Counted from the first letter of the stretch, positions 18,401 to 31,477 are shown. The stretch is DNA of 52,917 nucleotides from an uncultured Pseudomonas sp. (GCA_964396695.1 CAYNGZ010000001.1:7347-60263), one strand, 5' to 3'. Notes: generated by a model not told the origin, from the sequence alone. Program-made: numbers and translations.

Positions 18401-21400
18401 CTCCAGTCCAGGTACTCGATGGGCGTGTTGCCAGGCTTGTGGATAACCTGCAACATCTGCGCGCTGATGTCCCAGCAGAACGAGGCGCGCAAGGCTTCGT
18501 GACGGGCGATCACCGCCTGCCAGGCCTGGGCGAAACGCTGCGGGTCGAGTTCGCTGTTGATCCGGTAACGGTCCTGCATGTAGTACAGGCCGGTGCCCGG
18601 CTCCAGCAAGGTGTGCAGCAACATGCCTTCTTGCATCGGGGTCAGCGGGTAGACGTCTTCGATCTGCGCGGCCGGTACTGGCAGCGCGTCGAGCTGCTCC
18701 TGCGTCAGCTGCGCCAGCGGGAAGTCCGAGGGCGTCAGGCCACCGGCATCGTCTCGCAGGCAATGTTCGATCAGGCTCTGCAATTCGCTCAGGTAGGCAT
18801 CCGCCAGCTCACTGATGGTCTGCGCATCATGGCGCTCAGCGCTGAAGGTCCAGCGCAACAGCAATTCACCGCCGTAGACCTGACTGTCGACGCTCAGCTC
18901 ATTGGGCAACGGCGCCTCCGGGTCGTGGGCCGAACCGTGCGGTTCGTCCAGCGGCTGAAACAACGCATCGGCGCCAAAACTCTGATCGAACTGCCCCAGG
19001 TAGTTGAAGGTGATCGGCGCCTGCGGCAGCGCCGCCATGACGTGTCGGCACAGGTCATCGGCCAGGTAGCGCAACACCCCGTAACCCAGGCCTTTGTGCG
19101 GCACGGCACGCAGTTGCTCTTTGATGGCCTTGATCGAAGCGCCCTGCCCGGCAGCCTCTTCGATGCATACAGGCGTCAGGCGCAACGGGTAAGCGCTGGT
19201 GAACCAGCCAACCGTACGGGTCAGGTCGATGTCGTCGAACAGCGTTTCACGGCCGTGGCCTTCGAGCTGAATCAGCGCCGAATCGTTACCGCTCCAGCGG
19301 CACAGTACACGCGCCAATGCCGTCAGCAGCAAGTCATTGACCTGGGTTCGGTATGCACTGGGCGCCTGTTGCAACAGTTGCCGCGTGTGCTCTGCGTTCA
19401 AACGTACGCTGACCGTTTGCGCATGACGGTTTTGCCGGCCCCCTTCAGGGCGCTCGCACGGCAAGTCGGCTTTCGGCCCGGCCAGTTGAGCCTGCCACCC
19501 GCTCAGTTCTTCGCGCAGGGATTCGCTGCTGGCATAGGCCTGCAAGCGCGCGGCCCAGTCGCGCAGGGCGCTGGTTTTCGCTGGCAAGCGCACGGTTTGC
19601 TGCGCCTCGAGCTGGTGGTAGACGGTTTGCAAATCGTCCAGCAGCACGCGCCACGACACCCCATCGACGACCAGGTGGTGAATGGCGATAAACAGCCGTT
19701 GCCCGCCCTCCGGTCCATCGACCAGCACCACGCGCATCAGCGGGCCGTGTTCAAGGTCGAGGCTGCGCTGGGCGTCGGCGAACAATGCCGTGCAGTTCTC
19801 AAACGCCGGCACGCGGACTTGCCAGAGCACCGCTACATCCGTCAGCGGTTGGTGTTCGGCCTGCCAGTGGCCGGCCGTTTGGCGAAAGCGCAGGCGCAGG
19901 GCGTCGTGGTGCTCAAGCACGGCCAGCAGCGCTTGCTCCAGGCAATGAGGCTCCAGGTGCTGCGTTGGCTCCAGGAGCAACGCCTGGTTCCAGTGCTGAC
20001 GCTGTGGAATATCGGTGTCGAAGAACCAATGCTGAATCGGCGTCAAGGCCGACTCGCCGCTGAGCAAGCCTTGTTCGGCCGTGACCTGTTCAGTACGAGT
20101 GGCCACTGCGGCCAGAGTCTGCACCGTTTGATGCTGGAACAAATCCCGTGGGCTGAAGTGAATGCCCTGCTGTCGCGCCCGACTGACCACTTGAATCGAC
20201 AGGATCGAATCGCCGCCCAGCTCGAAGAAGTTGTCGTTGAGCCCGACCTGCGCGACGTTCAACACCTCGCACCAGATCCCGGCCAACGCCCGTTCCAGCT
20301 CATTGCTCGGGGCGATGTACTGTTGGCGATTGAGTTCCGGGTCTGGCGTCGGCAGCGCACGGCGGTCGAGTTTGCCATTGGCGGTCAGCGGCATGCTGGC
20401 CAGCAGGATCAGGTGCGTCGGCACCATGTAATCCGGCAACTGGGTTTTCAGGTGCGTCTTGAGTGCTTCGCGCAGGGCCGCTTGTTGCGCTTCATCCTGT
20501 TCGGCTACGTCACTGACCACATACCCGGCCAACTGTTTGCCTCCCGGTGTATCCAGCGCCAGCACCACCGCTTCACGCACCGCCGGGTGTTCCAGCAGAC
20601 GGGTTTCGATTTCACCGAGTTCGATGCGGAAACCGCGAATCTTCACTTGATGGTCGATGCGCCCCAGGTACTCCACCCGACCGTCGGCACGCTGGCGTAC
20701 CAGATCGCCGGTGCGGTACAACCGCCCACCGTCACGGGCGAACGGGTCAGCGACAAAACGTTCAGCGGTCATGCCCGGACGCTGGTGATAGCCCTGCGCC
20801 AAACCCGCGCCGCCGACATACAACTCACCGGTTGCGCCTTGCGGCACCAGCGCCAGATCGGCGTCGAGAATGTACGCCACACGAGCGCCGATCACGCTGC
20901 CGATCGGCACGCTGCCGGCGCCCTCTTCCAGTTGCTCCGCAGCCATGCTCGCCAGCGGCATGACCACGGTTTCCGTCGGACCATAGGCGTTGAAGAACAG
21001 GCTCGGTGTGAACGCCGCACGAATTCGTTGCAAGTGCTCGCCGGTCAGCGCTTCGCCACCGGTAATGCACATGCGCACCGGCAGGGTTTCGCCTTGCGTC
21101 GCCAGCCATTGCGCCAATTGGCTGCCGTAACCTGGGGTGAAACCAAGGATGCTGATCCGGTGCTGACGAATCAGCTGGCAGATGTCTTCAGCATCCCATT
21201 GGTCTTGAGCGCGCAGCACCACGTGCGCACCGCTGAGCAACGGCACCAGCAAACGCTCGGTGGCGGCGTCGAAGTTGATCGAATAGAAGTGCAACTCGCA
21301 GTCGTCGGCACGCATGCCGAAGCGCTCGATCACCGCACGGCAATGCATGGCGATTTCACCATGGGCCACCACCACGCCTTTCGGTTTTCCGGTGGAGCCC

Positions 21401-24400
21401 GAGGTGTAGATCAGGTACGCCTGATGCTGCGGCAAACTGATGAAAGGCAACTCGGTCGCCGGGTAATTGGCCAGTTCTGCAGCGTCATCCTCCAGGCAAT
21501 CGTCCGGGCACAAACGGGCGACACCAGGAGGCAATTGGCCGAGCGCTTCGAACATCGCCGCATCGCTCAACAGCAGGCCAACGCCACTGTCTTCGATCAT
21601 GTAGTGCAAACGGTCCAGCGGGTATTCCGGGTCCAGTGGCACATAGGCGCCGCCGGCCTTGAGGATCGCCAGCAGGCCCACGACCATTTCCAGCGAACGC
21701 GGCAGCGCCAGACCGACCCGCACCTGCGGGCCAACACCGCGCTCACGGAACATCCAGGCCAGACGGTTGGCGCGGCTATCCAGTTCTGCGTAGCTCAAGG
21801 TCTGCCCTGCAAAGGTCAGGGCCGGCGCGTCGGGACGGGCCTGCGCCTGCTCGCTGAACAGGTGATGAATACACTGATCGAGGCGATGCTCGCCGGGCTC
21901 GACCCCGAGGCTGTCGAGCAGGTGTTGCTGCTCGGTAGTGTCCAGCAAAGGCAATTCGCTGAGGCGTTGTTGCGGGTCGGTGAGCAAGGCTTCCAGCAGG
22001 TTGCGCCAATGCCCGGCCATCCGGGCAATGCGCGGCTCATCGAACAAATCGGTGCTGTAGGTCAGGCAGCAACCCAGGCGATGATCGAGGTCGGTGACTT
22101 CCAGGTTCAGGTCGAACTTGGTCGCCCGCGCATCGTTGGCCAGGTACTCGACGGTCATGCCGGCGAGTTCGCGCCTTTGCTGGAACTCCCAACGCTGAAC
22201 GTTACACATCACCTGGAACAGCGGGTTGTAAGCGGCACTGCGCGGTGGCTGCAACGCCTCGACCAGATGATCGAACGGCAGGTCCTGATGGGACTGGCCT
22301 TCGATCACCGTCTGACGCACCTGCTCGAACAACTCACCGACGGACATCTGCCCATCGAGCCGGCAACGCAGCACTTGCGTGTTGAGGAACGCGCCGATCA
22401 GCCCTTCGCTTTCCGGGCGAATGCGGTTGGCCACCGGTGCGCCGATGCGCAGGTCGGTCTGGCCGCTGTAGCGGTAAAGCAGCACGGCCAACGCGGCAGT
22501 CATGGTCATGAACAAGGTCAAGCCCTGTTGCGCATTGAAGGCCCGCACCCGCGAGGCGAGGTTATCGCCGAGATCAAACCGGAACAGTTCACCCCGATGG
22601 CTTTGCACCGACGGCCGTGGGCGGTCGCTTGGCAACTCCAGCAACGGATGTTCACGGCCCAGTTGCGCGGTCCAGTAATCAAGCTGACGCTGACGCTCGC
22701 CGGACTCCAGCCATTGGCGCTGCCAGACGCTGTAGTCCAGGTACTGCACCGGCAACGGTTCCAGCGGCGATTCGCGATCATCGAGAAAGGCTTCGTACAA
22801 CGCGCCCAACTCGCGGGCGAAGATGTCCATCGCCCAGCCTTCGGTGACGATGTGATGCAGGGTCAGCACCAGGTAATGCTCGTACTCGGCGGTCTTGACC
22901 AGACACGCCCGCAGCAACGGTCCGGTTTCCAGATCGAACGGTTTGTGCGCTTCACTGTCGGCCAATTGCTGGACCCGCGTTTCGCGCAGGTTGGCGTCGA
23001 GCGTCGAGAAATCCTGCCAGTCCATGCGCAGGCCGGTTTGCGAATGAACCCGTTGTTGGGCCACGCCGTCGACGCTGGGGAACGTGGTGCGCAGGGTTTC
23101 ATGGCGCATGATCAGCGCTTGCAGCGCCGCCTCGAAACGCCCGACATCCAGCAACCCGCGCAAGCGCGCCATGCCGCCGACGTTGTAGGCCGGGCTGTAC
23201 GGTTCCATCTGCCAAAGGAACCACATGCGCTGCTGGGAATAGGACAACGGCACCGCCTGGTTGCGGTCGACTTTCTCGATGGGCGGCTGTTTATTGTGTT
23301 TGCCGGACGCCTGAATCAGCCGTACCTGCTCGGCGAAATCACCCAGCTCGCTGGCTTCGAACAGTGTCCGCAACGGCAATTCGACGTCGCAGGCCTGACG
23401 CGTGCGGGAGATGATTTGCGTGGCCAGTAACGAGTGACCGCCGAGGGCGAAGAAGTCATCGCGCAGACCAATCCGCGCTTGCCCCAGCACTTCACGCCAG
23501 ATGCTCGCAATCTGCTGTTCCAGCGCCGTGCCCGGCTCGACGTGCTCGCGCACCTGCCAGTGCGGTTCCGGCAAGGCGCGACGGTCGACCTTGCCGCTCG
23601 GGCTCAAGGGCATTTCGTCCAGGCGCAGCAGTTGCGCCGGGACCATGTAGTCCGGCAGCTCGGCGGCCAGCGCGGTTTTCAGGCGTGCCGTCTGAGCCTC
23701 TTGCTCTTCGCCGGGATCAACGGCGGTGTAATAGCCGATCAACTGCGCACCGGCAGCGGTTGCGCGCAGCAGCACCACGGCTTGGGCGACACCGTCTTGA
23801 GCCAGCAGGCGCGCTTCGATTTCTTCCGGCTCAACCCGAAAGCCCCGCAGCTTGACCTGCTGATCGAGACGCCCAAGGTATTCCAGAACGCCGTCAGCAC
23901 TCCAGCGCACACGGTCACCGGTGCGGTACAAACGCGCACCGTGTTCACCCAGCGGATCGATGACAAAACGCTCGGCGGTCAAGGCCGGACGCCCCAGATA
24001 GCCCCGAGCCAGACCGATGCCGCTGATGCACAACTCACCGGGCACACCGGCCGGTAGCGGATTGAGTTCACTGTCGAGTACCCGGCAGATCACATTGCCC
24101 AGCGGACGACCAATGGGCGAACGTTCGCCATCGCGGGTAGTGCAGTGCCAGTGGGTGACGTTGATCGCGGTTTCGGTCGGGCCATAACGGTTGTGCAGTT
24201 GCACCGCTGGCAGCTGTTCCAGCACACGGTTGCGCAACTCGGCGGGCAAGGCTTCGCCGCCGGAGAACACGCGGCGCAGGCTGGTGCACTCGGCTGCCAA
24301 CGGCTCATCGATGAACAACTGCAACAGTGGCGGCACGAAGTGCAGCGTGGTCACGCCGTAAGCTTGAACCAGTTGCGCGATGCGATGCGGATCGCGGTGC

Positions 24401-27400
24401 TCGCCGGGGCCGGCGAGCAACAAGCGACAACCGGTGATCAGCGGCCAGAAGCATTCCCACACCGACACGTCGAAACTGATCGGCGCCTTTTGCATCAGCA
24501 CATCGGTTTCATCGAGGCGATACGTCGCCTGCATCCATTGCAGCCGCTCGCTGAGTGCCGCGTGAGTGTTGCCGACGCCTTTGGGCTGGCCGGTGGAACC
24601 GGAGGTGTAAATCACATAGGCCAGGTTGTCGCCGTGCAAATGCAGCCCCGGCGCATGGCTCGACCAACTGTCGAGGTTTAGGGCATCCATCGCAATGGCG
24701 CTGACACCGTCAGCGCTCGGCAAGCGCTCCAGCAAATGGCTCTGCGTGAGCAGCAGCGTCACACCGCTGTCGCTGAGCATGTAGGCGAGGCGCTCGGCCG
24801 GATAATCCGGGTCCAGCGGCACGTAAGCGCCACCGGCCTTGATGATCGCCAGCAAACCGATCAACAGGTGTGGCGAACGCTCGGCAGCAATCGCCACGCA
24901 AACGTCCGGGCCGACACCTTTGTCGCGCAGATAATGAGCCAGCCGGTTGGCCTGGGTGTGCAGTTCGGCGTAGTCGAGTTGGCCGCCCTCCCAGACCAGC
25001 GCGGTGCGCTGCGGCGTCAAACGCGCTTGTTCGTTCAACCATTGCGGCAGCCATTGGCTGGCCGGCGTGCAGGACGCAGCGCTCCATTGGTCTTGTTCCG
25101 TCTGCTCATTGAGGCTGAGCAATGGCAGGTCGCCGATGACGCATTGTGGATGCTCGCAAACGGCGCGCAGCAGGTTGATGAAGTGCTCGGCCAGTCGCTC
25201 GACAGTCGCCGCATCGAACAGCTCATCGGCGTAGTCGAACGACAGGCTCAAGCGACCGTTCCCGTCTTCTTCGCTGTGCAGTTGCAGGTCGAACTTGGCC
25301 TCGCGGCTGTGCCACGGCAATTCTTCGGCGAGCAACCCCGGCAAGCGGCGCAAGGCGCTGAGGTCGCGCTGCTGGTGGTTGAACATGACCTGGAACAAAC
25401 CCTGTTCGCGGGCTTGCGGGAAGGCTTCGAGCAGCTGCTCGAACGGCAGGTCCTGATGGGCTTGAGCGCCCAGCGCCGCTTCGCGGGTTTGCGCCAGCAA
25501 CTGCACAAACGGCAGACGTGAATCCACCTCGGCGCGCAGGACCTGAGTGTTGATGAAGAAACCGATCAGTCCCTGGGTTTCCAGACGCGGACGGTTGGCG
25601 TTGGGCACGCCGATACGAATGTCGCGCTGACCGCTGTAGCGATGCAACAGGCTCTGGAACGCCGCCAGCAACAGCATGAACGGGGTCGATTCGTGTGCCT
25701 GGGCGGTCTGGCGGACCGCCTCGCTCAAGCTCGCGTCCAGCCGCAAACTGTGACGCGCGGCACTGTGCTGCTGTTGCGCCGAACGTGGGTGATCGGTGGC
25801 CAGGTTGAGAGCCGGATGTTCCTCACCCAATTGTGCTTTCCAATACGCCAGTTGCCGTTCGCCCTCGCCTTGCGCCAGCCACTGACGCTGCCAACTGCCA
25901 CAGTCAGCGTACTGCAACGGCAGCGGCGCGAGCTGCACCGTCTGGCCTTGAACAGCGGCCGCATACAACCGCGAGAACTCGTCGATCAGCACGTTCAGCG
26001 ACCAGCCGTCGGCGATGATGTGGTGCAGCGTCACCAGCAGTTGGCAATCTTCATCGTCGAGGCGCACCAGGGTCACCCAGAACAGCGGGCCTTTCTCCAG
26101 ATCGAACCGGGTGCGGGCCTCGTCTTCGCGGATCTGACGCGCACGGGCTTCACGTTCGGCCAGCGGCAGGTCGCTGATGTCGATCTGTTGCAGGTTGAAT
26201 TCGCGGGCAGCATCAACCTGTTGCAGCGCCTGACCGTCACGCTCGAAAAACCGCGTACGCAGGGATTCGTGGCGTTCGATCAACTGCTGGAAACTGGCGC
26301 GCAAGGTGTCTTCATCCAGCTCGCCGCGCAAACGCAAGGCACCCGGAATGGTGTAGGCGCTGCTGTGCGGATCGAGTTGCCAGGTGATCCACAAACGGTT
26401 TTGCGCCAGTGATTGCGGCAATGCTTCGGTGCGTGGCAATACGTTGATCGCGCCTTGCGCCAGTCCGCAATCCTGCTGTTGGCTGGCCACCGCAGCGGCG
26501 AAAGCACCGAGGGTCGGCGCTTCGAACAACAGCCGCAGGTTCAGCTCCAGACCCAGTGCTTCGCGCAGTCGCGCCACCACTTGAGTAGCGGCGATGGAGT
26601 TACCGCCCAACAGGAAGAAATGATCGTCGGCGGCCACCTGAGCAACCTGCAGCTGTTCGCACCAGATCCGGCCAATCAGGCTTTCGAGTTCCGAACCCAC
26701 TTCAGCCTTGATATCCGCCGGCTCACTGAGATTCGGGAACAACGCATAGCTGTCGAGGCTGCCATCGGCCAGCCGATGGCGGCACGCCGAACGTTGCAAC
26801 TTGCCGCTGGAGGTTTTCGGCAAAGCACCGGGATTGAGCAGCACCACCACGCTCGGCGCTTCCTGAAAGGCTTCGGCCACGGCCTGGCGAATGGCTTTGA
26901 TCAGCGCTTCAGGCGGCAGGATTTTTTGCACGCTGCGACTGATTTCCGCAGCAACGCCGATGCCCTCAATACCCTGATCATTCACGGCGAATGCCGCGAC
27001 CCGGCCTTTGCGCACCACTTCCACTTCGCGCTCGATGGTCTGCTCGATGTCCTGTGGATAAAGGTTGTGGCCACGCACGATCAACAGGTCTTTCAAGCGC
27101 CCGGTGATGAATAATTCACCGTCGCGCATAAACCCCAGATCACCGGTGCGCAACCAGGTACGCCCCGCGTGCTCGACAAAGGTCCTGGCCGTGGCTTCGG
27201 GATTGCGCCAGTAACCGTGGGCGATACTCGGCCCGGCGGCCCAGACTTCGCCGACCTGATTGTCGGCCCGTTCCGTGAGTGCCTGCGGATCGACAATCAG
27301 CACCGCATGCTCGGGCTGGCGGGTGCCGCAGCTCATGATTGCACTGCCCTCGCCCGGTTCGGCGCGGTTCTGCGCCAGCGCCTGTTCATCCAGACGCAAC

Positions 27401-28443
27401 GCCGGGATGCCCTGACCACGCGGGCCGCCGGCAACGAACAATGTAGCCTCGGCCAGGCCATAGGAGGCCATGAACGTGTTCGGGGTAAATCCCGTGCCAG
27501 CGAACTTTTCGGCAAAGCGTTCCAGGGTATCGAGGCGGATCGGCTCGGAGCCAGAATAGGCCACACGCCAACCACTCAGGTCGAGGCGCTCCAGCGCCGA
27601 TTCGCTGACCCGCTCGCTGCACAGGCGATACGCGAAATCCGGCCCTCCGCTGATGGTGCCGCCGTATTCGCTGATCGCTTCCAGCCAGCGCAAAGGCCGA
27701 CCGAGGAAGTACGCCGGCGACATCAACACGCACGGCACGCCACTGAAAATCGGTTGCAACAGACCACCGATCAGCCCCATGTCGTGGTACAGCGGCAACC
27801 AGCTGACGATCACGTCGTCCGGGTTGAGGTCGATGCCGAAGCCGCGGCGGATCAGCAGTTCGTTGGCGACCAGATTGCCGTGGCTGACTTGCACGCCTTT
27901 GGGCAACGCGGTGGAACCGGAGGTGTATTGCAGGAAGGCGATGTCGTCAGCGTGCAGATCCGCTGCAACCCAGTGCTCAGCCAGCGAACTGTCCAGCGCA
28001 TCGACGCAGAGCAATTGCGGTGCGTGCGCGGCATGCAACTCGCTCATTGGCAGCAATGAATCACGCACCTCAGCGCTGGTCAGCAGCAAGCACGGTTCGG
28101 CGTCGCTGATGATCGACAGCAAACGCTCCTGGTGATGGCGACGGGTCGACTCCGGCGGGTATGCCGGCACCGCGATGACCCCGGCGTACAGGCAACCGAA
28201 AAAGGCGGCGACGTAATCCGGACCGCTGGGGAACAACAGCACCGCACGATCACCGTGGCTGGCTGCTGCTTGCAGTGCACTGGCAATGGTTCGCACCCGA
28301 AGATCCAGATCGCGGTAACTCAGCACGACACCCTGCTCCGGGGTTTCGGCCAGAAAGCGCAAAGCGACCCGGTCCGGCGTCAGGGCCGCGCGGCGCTGGA
28401 GGGCTTGGACCAGTGTGCTGGGAAGTTCGAACGCGTCGGTCAT
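15418..28443 (-). CDS. pvdL: Pyoverdine chromophore NRPS: FAAL-T-C-A-T-C-A-T-E-C-A-T
   Basis: [11 protein letters not shown] start (ATG 28443); acyl-AMP ligase, C motifs HHIIADG/HHIVTEG/HHILID, E motif [13 protein letters not shown] motifs GGNS/GGHS/GGDS/GGHS, no TE; divergent from pvdS; Glu/D-Tyr/Dab assignment from known PvdL. Confidence 0.97.
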   Translation of the reverse strand: MTDAFELPSTLVQALQRRAALTPDRVALRFLAETPEQGVVLSYRDLDLRVRTIASALQAAASHGDRAVLLFPSGPDYVAAFFGCLYAGVIAVPAYPPESTRRHHQERLLSIISDAEPCLLLTSAEVRDSLLPMSELHAAHAPQLLCVDALDSSLAEHWVAADLHADDIAFLQYTSGSTALPKGVQVSHGNLVANELLIRRGFGIDLNPDDVIVSWLPLYHDMGLIGGLLQPIFSGVPCVLMSPAYFLGRPLRWLEAISEYGGTISGGPDFAYRLCSERVSESALERLDLSGWRVAYSGSEPIRLDTLERFAEKFAGTGFTPNTFMASYGLAEATLFVAGGPRGQGIPALRLDEQALAQNRAEPGEGSAIMSCGTRQPEHAVLIVDPQALTERADNQVGEVWAAGPSIAHGYWRNPEATARTFVEHAGRTWLRTGDLGFMRDGELFITGRLKDLLIVRGHNLYPQDIEQTIEREVEVVRKGRVAAFAVNDQGIEGIGVAAEISRSVQKILPPEALIKAIRQAVAEAFQEAPSVVVLLNPGALPKTSSGKLQRSACRHRLADGSLDSYALFPNLSEPADIKAEVGSELESLIGRIWCEQLQVAQVAADDHFFLLGGNSIAATQVVARLREALGLELNLRLLFEAPTLGAFAAAVASQQQDCGLAQGAINVLPRTEALPQSLAQNRLWITWQLDPHSSAYTIPGALRLRGELDEDTLRASFQQLIERHESLRTRFFERDGQALQQVDAAREFNLQQIDISDLPLAEREARARQIREDEARTRFDLEKGPLFWVTLVRLDDEDCQLLVTLHHIIADGWSLNVLIDEFSRLYAAAVQGQTVQLAPLPLQYADCGSWQRQWLAQGEGERQLAYWKAQLGEEHPALNLATDHPRSAQQQHSAARHSLRLDASLSEAVRQTAQAHESTPFMLLLAAFQSLLHRYSGQRDIRIGVPNANRPRLETQGLIGFFINTQVLRAEVDSRLPFVQLLAQTREAALGAQAHQDLPFEQLLEAFPQAREQGLFQVMFNHQQRDLSALRRLPGLLAEELPWHSREAKFDLQLHSEEDGNGRLSLSFDYADELFDAATVERLAEHFINLLRAVCEHPQCVIGDLPLLSLNEQTEQDQWSAASCTPASQWLPQWLNEQARLTPQRTALVWEGGQLDYAELHTQANRLAHYLRDKGVGPDVCVAIAAERSPHLLIGLLAIIKAGGAYVPLDPDYPAERLAYMLSDSGVTLLLTQSHLLERLPSADGVSAIAMDALNLDSWSSHAPGLHLHGDNLAYVIYTSGSTGQPKGVGNTHAALSERLQWMQATYRLDETDVLMQKAPISFDVSVWECFWPLITGCRLLLAGPGEHRDPHRIAQLVQAYGVTTLHFVPPLLQLFIDEPLAAECTSLRRVFSGGEALPAELRNRVLEQLPAVQLHNRYGPTETAINVTHWHCTTRDGERSPIGRPLGNVICRVLDSELNPLPAGVPGELCISGIGLARGYLGRPALTAERFVIDPLGEHGARLYRTGDRVRWSADGVLEYLGRLDQQVKLRGFRVEPEEIEARLLAQDGVAQAVVLLRATAAGAQLIGYYTAVDPGEEQEAQTARLKTALAAELPDYMVPAQLLRLDEMPLSPSGKVDRRALPEPHWQVREHVEPGTALEQQIASIWREVLGQARIGLRDDFFALGGHSLLATQIISRTRQACDVELPLRTLFEASELGDFAEQVRLIQASGKHNKQPPIEKVDRNQAVPLSYSQQRMWFLWQMEPYSPAYNVGGMARLRGLLDVGRFEAALQALIMRHETLRTTFPSVDGVAQQRVHSQTGLRMDWQDFSTLDANLRETRVQQLADSEAHKPFDLETGPLLRACLVKTAEYEHYLVLTLHHIVTEGWAMDIFARELGALYEAFLDDRESPLEPLPVQYLDYSVWQRQWLESGERQRQLDYWTAQLGREHPLLELPSDRPRPSVQSHRGELFRFDLGDNLASRVRAFNAQQGLTLFMTMTAALAVLLYRYSGQTDLRIGAPVANRIRPESEGLIGAFLNTQVLRCRLDGQMSVGELFEQVRQTVIEGQSHQDLPFDHLVEALQPPRSAAYNPLFQVMCNVQRWEFQQRRELAGMTVEYLANDARATKFDLNLEVTDLDHRLGCCLTYSTDLFDEPRIARMAGHWRNLLEALLTDPQQRLSELPLLDTTEQQHLLDSLGVEPGEHRLDQCIHHLFSEQAQARPDAPALTFAGQTLSYAELDSRANRLAWMFRERGVGPQVRVGLALPRSLEMVVGLLAILKAGGAYVPLDPEYPLDRLHYMIEDSGVGLLLSDAAMFEALGQLPPGVARLCPDDCLEDDAAELANYPATELPFISLPQHQAYLIYTSGSTGKPKGVVVAHGEIAMHCRAVIERFGMRADDCELHFYSINFDAATERLLVPLLSGAHVVLRAQDQWDAEDICQLIRQHRISILGFTPGYGSQLAQWLATQGETLPVRMCITGGEALTGEHLQRIRAAFTPSLFFNAYGPTETVVMPLASMAAEQLEEGAGSVPIGSVIGARVAYILDADLALVPQGATGELYVGGAGLAQGYHQRPGMTAERFVADPFARDGGRLYRTGDLVRQRADGRVEYLGRIDHQVKIRGFRIELGEIETRLLEHPAVREAVVLALDTPGGKQLAGYVVSDVAEQDEAQQAALREALKTHLKTQLPDYMVPTHLILLASMPLTANGKLDRRALPTPDPELNRQQYIAPSNELERALAGIWCEVLNVAQVGLNDNFFELGGDSILSIQVVSRARQQGIHFSPRDLFQHQTVQTLAAVATRTEQVTAEQGLLSGESALTPIQHWFFDTDIPQRQHWNQALLLEPTQHLEPHCLEQALLAVLEHHDALRLRFRQTAGHWQAEHQPLTDVAVLWQVRVPAFENCTALFADAQRSLDLEHGPLMRVVLVDGPEGGQRLFIAIHHLVVDGVSWRVLLDDLQTVYHQLEAQQTVRLPAKTSALRDWAARLQAYASSESLREELSGWQAQLAGPKADLPCERPEGGRQNRHAQTVSVRLNAEHTRQLLQQAPSAYRTQVNDLLLTALARVLCRWSGNDSALIQLEGHGRETLFDDIDLTRTVGWFTSAYPLRLTPVCIEEAAGQGASIKAIKEQLRAVPHKGLGYGVLRYLADDLCRHVMAALPQAPITFNYLGQFDQSFGADALFQPLDEPHGSAHDPEAPLPNELSVDSQVYGGELLLRWTFSAERHDAQTISELADAYLSELQSLIEHCLRDDAGGLTPSDFPLAQLTQEQLDALPVPAAQIEDVYPLTPMQEGMLLHTLLEPGTGLYYMQDRYRINSELDPQRFAQAWQAVIARHEALRASFCWDISAQMLQVIHKPGNTPIEYLDWSAVAETEQEPKLQALLKREREAGFDLLNQAPFHLRLIRVGAARYWFMMSNHHILIDAWCRSLLMNDFFEIYTALGEGREAQLAVPPRYRDYIGWLQHQSLAEARQWWKNNLRGFERITPIPSDRPFLREHAGDSGGMIVGDCYTRLDARDGAQLRELAQAHQLTINTFAQAAWALVLRRLSGERDVLFGVTVAGRPVDMPHLQRTVGLFINSIALRVKLPEDDQPCSVRQWLSDLLDSNMQLREYEYLPLVSLQENSELPKGQPLFDSLFVFENAPVEVSVLDRAQSLNATSDSGRTHTNFPLTAVCYPGDDLGLHLSYDQRYFDASTVERMLGEFKRLLLALVEGFHGDMADLPLLGEQEQGFLIHGCNQSERDYPLEQSYVELFEAQVAAHPQRMAASCLNQQLSYAELNQRSNRLGHALIAAGVGLDQPVALLAERNLDLLGMIIGSFKAGAGYLPLDPGLPSQRLSRIIELSRTPLLVCSAACREQAVALLDEFSCANRPRLLVWEDVQAAGHSLENPGIFSGPDNLAYVIYTSGSTGLPKGVMVEQRGMLNNQLSKVPYLQLGDADVIAQTASQSFDISVWQFLAAPLFGARVDIVPNAIAHDPQGLLGHVQAQGITVLESVPSLIQGMLAQERMSLDGLRWMLPTGEAMPPELAHQWLQRYPDIGLVNAYGPAECSDDVAFFRVDPASTRGSYLPIGTPTDNNRLYLLDGALELVPLGAVGELCVAGTGVGRGYVSDPLRTAQVFVPNSFGAAGGRLYRTGDLARRRTDGVLEYVGRIDHQVKIRGYRIELGEIEARLHEQPEVREAAVGVQEGANGKHLVGYLVASESALNPSERLERIKQRLRTELPEYMVPLHWLWLERMPLNANGKLDRTLLPALEIGQMQSQDYQAPRTALEQTLVQIWAEVLKVEKVGIRDNFFELGGHSLLATQIASRVQKALQRNVPLRAMFECSTVEELAGYIEGLAATDISEEKVDRLNDLMAELEGL

Positions 28444-28595
28444 GAGGTTTCCTGCCTGAATTCGGCTTGCAAGTGGAATCGGTTTTCTTAACTCACACCC
28501 ATCAAGAGCGTGCAGGACGCAGTCTTGATCGACCGCGCAAGGCCTGGTGATACGGCGGAACCGGCGCTGTTGCCGGGAGCCATTCACCCATGAGA

Positions 28596-28619
28596 ACGGA
28601 TGACGTATCGAAATAATTA
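28596..28619 (-). promoter_or_regulatory. PvdS IS box upstream of pvdL
   Basis: Minus strand TAATT-N16-CGT ~150 nt upstream of pvdL ATG. Confidence 0.75.
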
Positions 28620-28716
28620 GGGTCTGTTGACGTTTGCAAAACCGCGGTTCAAGGCCTGTCTGCTTGAGGCCGCTGGCAAAGGAAACCTGCAATAGAATTA
28701 ATTCCACCTCTCAATT

Positions 28717-28735
28717 GACAATAATTATCATTAAG
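28717..28735. promoter_or_regulatory. Fur box upstream of pvdS
   Basis: GACAATAATTATCATTAAG, 14/19 match to GATAATGATAATCATTATC, overlapping TTGACA -35-like hexamer. Confidence 0.85.
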
Positions 28736-28813
28736 CCTAGCTTGTCGCTCGATGCGTAGGACGGCTCCGAACCCCTGGCCGTCCTACTAACTTTTTGCAG
28801 CAAGGTGATTTCC

Positions 28814-29362
28814 ATGACGGAACCAGTATCCACAAGCAGGTGCGACTCACCCTTACTCCAGGCGTTCGTTGATAATCGGTTGATTCTGGTCAAGATCGCA
28901 GCCCGTATTACCGGCTGCCGCTCCCGCGCCGAAGATGTCGTTCAGGATGCGTTTTTCAGGCTGCAATCGGCACCGCCAATCACCTCCTCGTTCAAGGCCC
29001 AGCTCAGCTACCTGTTTCAGATCGTGCGCAACCTGGCGATCGACCACTACCGCAAACAGGCGCTGGAGCAAAAGTATTCGGGTACCGAAGAAGAAGGCTT
29101 GAACGTGGTCGTTCACGGTGCGTCGCCGGAAACCTCGCACATCAACTTTTCGACCCTGGAAAACATCGCCGACGCTCTTGGCGAGTTGCCGAGCCGAACC
29201 CGCTACGCCTTCGAGATGTATCGCCTGCACGGCGTCCCGCAAAAGGACATCGCCAAGGAACTCGGCGTGTCGCCGACCCTGGTGAATTTCATGATTCGCG
29301 ATGCCCTGGTGCATTGCCGCAAGGTCTCGGGTAAGCGCAGCGATACCTTCGCCCGTCGCTGA
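28814..29362 (+). CDS. pvdS: ECF sigma factor PvdS
   Basis: MTEPVSTSRCDSPLLQAFVDNR...AEDVVQDAF...RNLAIDHYR...KDIAKELGVSPTLVNFMIRDALVHC. Confidence 0.97.
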   Translation: MTEPVSTSRCDSPLLQAFVDNRLILVKIAARITGCRSRAEDVVQDAFFRLQSAPPITSSFKAQLSYLFQIVRNLAIDHYRKQALEQKYSGTEEEGLNVVVHGASPETSHINFSTLENIADALGELPSRTRYAFEMYRLHGVPQKDIAKELGVSPTLVNFMIRDALVHCRKVSGKRSDTFARR

Positions 29363-29381
29363 GACCTTGTTGTCTCGATAA

Positions 29382-29445
29382 AAAAGATCGCAGCCTTCGG
29401 CAACTCCTACACGCGCGTGGGAGCTGCCGAAGGCTGCGATCTTTT
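29382..29445. repeat. Inverted REP doublet with no spacer
   Basis: aaaagatcgcagccttcggcaactcctacacgc|gcgtgggagctgccgaaggctgcgatctttt. Confidence 0.9.
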
Positions 29446-29460
29446 CGACTCAATGCTGAC

Positions 29461-30474
29461 TTACGCCAACGAGCACCGATCAAAAAACCGCTCACGCCCC
29501 AGGATCATCAGTGCTGCACGCTTGTGCGGAAAGTCGAATTCCTTCTCGCAGTGGAAACACTGATTGTGCATATGGCCGATCATCTTCGCGTTATCGGCAC
29601 GGGGTTCGGCCACTACCCGCTGAGTGCGCGGATCGTCCAGAAACAGGTAATGCACCAGCGCCGACAACCAACTGGCAACCTTGTGTGGCCCCCGGTGATT
29701 TTCCTCGCCCACCAGCATGTGAATACCACGGTCGTAATCGCCGGCGTCGTAGAACGGTGCGATGCGGTCCTCCTTGACCCAGTAGGCTTCGAAGTAGGCA
29801 AAGGGCTGGTCGTCAAAGCAGCCGATCAACGTCAACGTGTGCGGGTCGGCCTCAAGCTTGCTCAGGTACTCGCGGTGCTGTTCGAGGCTGCCGGTTTCCT
29901 GCCAGAAACTCGCCACCCGCGGGCTGTTCTGCCAGCGGTTGAAGCGTGGCAGATCGCTGTCGATTTCCACCGTGCGCAACGAAATCCATGCCCCCAATCG
30001 GGCATCGAAGCGCCGGTAGACCTCGCCTCGCGGCTTGACCGGACGCCGCGGGTGACGCTTACCGGCGCTGATGAGCATGTGCTGCGGATAACAGCCGGTA
30101 AGCGACTCGCCCAGCCAGGGTTGCGGCAATTGCCAGAACAGGCTGCGCTCGCACTGGTACTCGCCGGCGACTTCGGTACTGACCAGCAAGCCACTGAGCA
30201 AGGCCTGCGTCGGCGGTTCATCAAGATGCCAGGTCAGGCGCTGACACCCCGGGTCACGCGCAAACAGCCAGTAACACGCGGCCCAGAACGCTTCGCCAGC
30301 AGGACGGCGATACAGCTCCAGCAGATGGATATGCAATTCAGGGCCGCGGGTCAGGCTCAGCTGGATCAGCGGCTGCCCTTCCAGGGAGAGATTCAGTCGG
30401 CTTTCGGCTTCATCAGCCACAAGACGGCGTCCCGCCGGCAGCGCCAGGGCAGTCAGGTCATTCAGATTGGACAT
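29461..30474 (-). CDS. pvdY: Siderophore N-acyltransferase (IucB/AlcB-type GNAT), PvdY-like
   Basis: RWQNSPRVA.FW, FAYFEAYW.KED, DRGIHMLVGE, DDPRTQRVVAEPRADN, FDFPHKRA; next to pvdS with IS box. Confidence 0.85.
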   Translation of the reverse strand: MSNLNDLTALALPAGRRLVADEAESRLNLSLEGQPLIQLSLTRGPELHIHLLELYRRPAGEAFWAACYWLFARDPGCQRLTWHLDEPPTQALLSGLLVSTEVAGEYQCERSLFWQLPQPWLGESLTGCYPQHMLISAGKRHPRRPVKPRGEVYRRFDARLGAWISLRTVEIDSDLPRFNRWQNSPRVASFWQETGSLEQHREYLSKLEADPHTLTLIGCFDDQPFAYFEAYWVKEDRIAPFYDAGDYDRGIHMLVGEENHRGPHKVASWLSALVHYLFLDDPRTQRVVAEPRADNAKMIGHMHNQCFHCEKEFDFPHKRAALMILGRERFFDRCSLA

Positions 30475-30520
30475 GGATCAGGCTCACGGTCATCGTCGAC
30501 AGTTCAACTTCAACGATGTG

Positions 30521-30544
30521 ACGTGAGCCAGGAGGGGAAATTTA
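30521..30544 (-). promoter_or_regulatory. PvdS IS box upstream of pvdY
   Basis: Exact TAAAT-N16-CGT on minus strand. Confidence 0.85.
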
Positions 30545-30580
30545 GGGATGGGCATGAAGTCGGCGACTGATGGCCCGATT

Positions 30581-31375
30581 TCAGCTTTTGGGCACCGGCA
30601 CGATGGCAATCTTGTACGGATCGAAAATCTTCAGCATCTGCCCGTTATCCCGCAAGCCTTGCAGCAACCTGCCGAATGCCTCAGCGCTGATCGGTGCTTG
30701 CGGACGTAACAGCGCGTAATGGTGATAAACCTGATCGATACGCTGGGACACCAGCAACTGCGCCCCGACCTTTTCATTGCGATGCAGGTAATCGTAGAGG
30801 TACGAACGTGTGACCAGTGCAATGTCGGCACGGTCGCGAAGGATCATCTGCAAGTTGCTGTCGTGGGAGGTCGTGAGCGTCGCGTTGTAAGTGTCCTTGA
30901 GATATTTCGGATCGTTATTGAAATTGGCAAATTCATAGTGATAACCGCTGTACAGCGCCATACGCTTGCCTTTCAGATCGGCGAAGTAGCTCTGCTGACG
31001 ATCCGGTTTGCTCTGTGCGACAAAGATTTCAGCATCTTCCAGCCCCATGTCGACAGTGCTGTGCGGAATATCCTTCCACCCCCACTCCGGGTTTTCGAAG
31101 ATCGCCATATCAGTCCGGCCATCCTGGAAATCACCGAATCGACGCTGCAATGAGGTCGGCACGAGTTTGAACTCATAGTCGGTTTGCAACTTGTTGAGCG
31201 CCTCGACCAACTGCGGCAGCAGGCCGGTATCGTCGCCATTCTCCGGTCGAACGGTATAGGGAGGAAAATGCGCAGCGCCCACCTGCACCACTTGCGCGGC
31301 CGAAGTCGGCAATACGAACAGCGCACCCAGCGCCATCAGCGAAACCTGTAAAGCCTTCCGAACTGGCGAAGACAT
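30581..31375 (-). CDS. Periplasmic substrate-binding protein (family 3-like, orphan)
   Basis: Signal peptide, VGAAHFPPY, GRTDMAIF, DLKGKR, RADIALV; no permease adjacent. Confidence 0.8.
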   Translation of the reverse strand: MSSPVRKALQVSLMALGALFVLPTSAAQVVQVGAAHFPPYTVRPENGDDTGLLPQLVEALNKLQTDYEFKLVPTSLQRRFGDFQDGRTDMAIFENPEWGWKDIPHSTVDMGLEDAEIFVAQSKPDRQQSYFADLKGKRMALYSGYHYEFANFNNDPKYLKDTYNATLTTSHDSNLQMILRDRADIALVTRSYLYDYLHRNEKVGAQLLVSQRIDQVYHHYALLRPQAPISAEAFGRLLQGLRDNGQMLKIFDPYKIAIVPVPKS

Positions 31376-31477
31376 CAAGACAAACCCACCTCTGAAAATG
31401 CATTCACTACAAAGCTAGGCGGTTTCACCCACTTAGACAACTTGGTGATGGCAATTTAATAAGTTTTGGCACTACCG

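Noticed and set aside
16558-23430. 2290-aa plus-strand ORF
   Set aside because: Antisense shadow of pvdL caused by GC-rich codon bias; no recognisable domains
28444-28707. N-terminal extension of PvdL in the ORF track (similar over-extensions for dsbR, dsbE, dsbG, atuE, atuF, cheV)
   Set aside because: Upstream starts run through promoters or neighbouring genes; downstream ATGs have RBS or coupling and match the family N-termini
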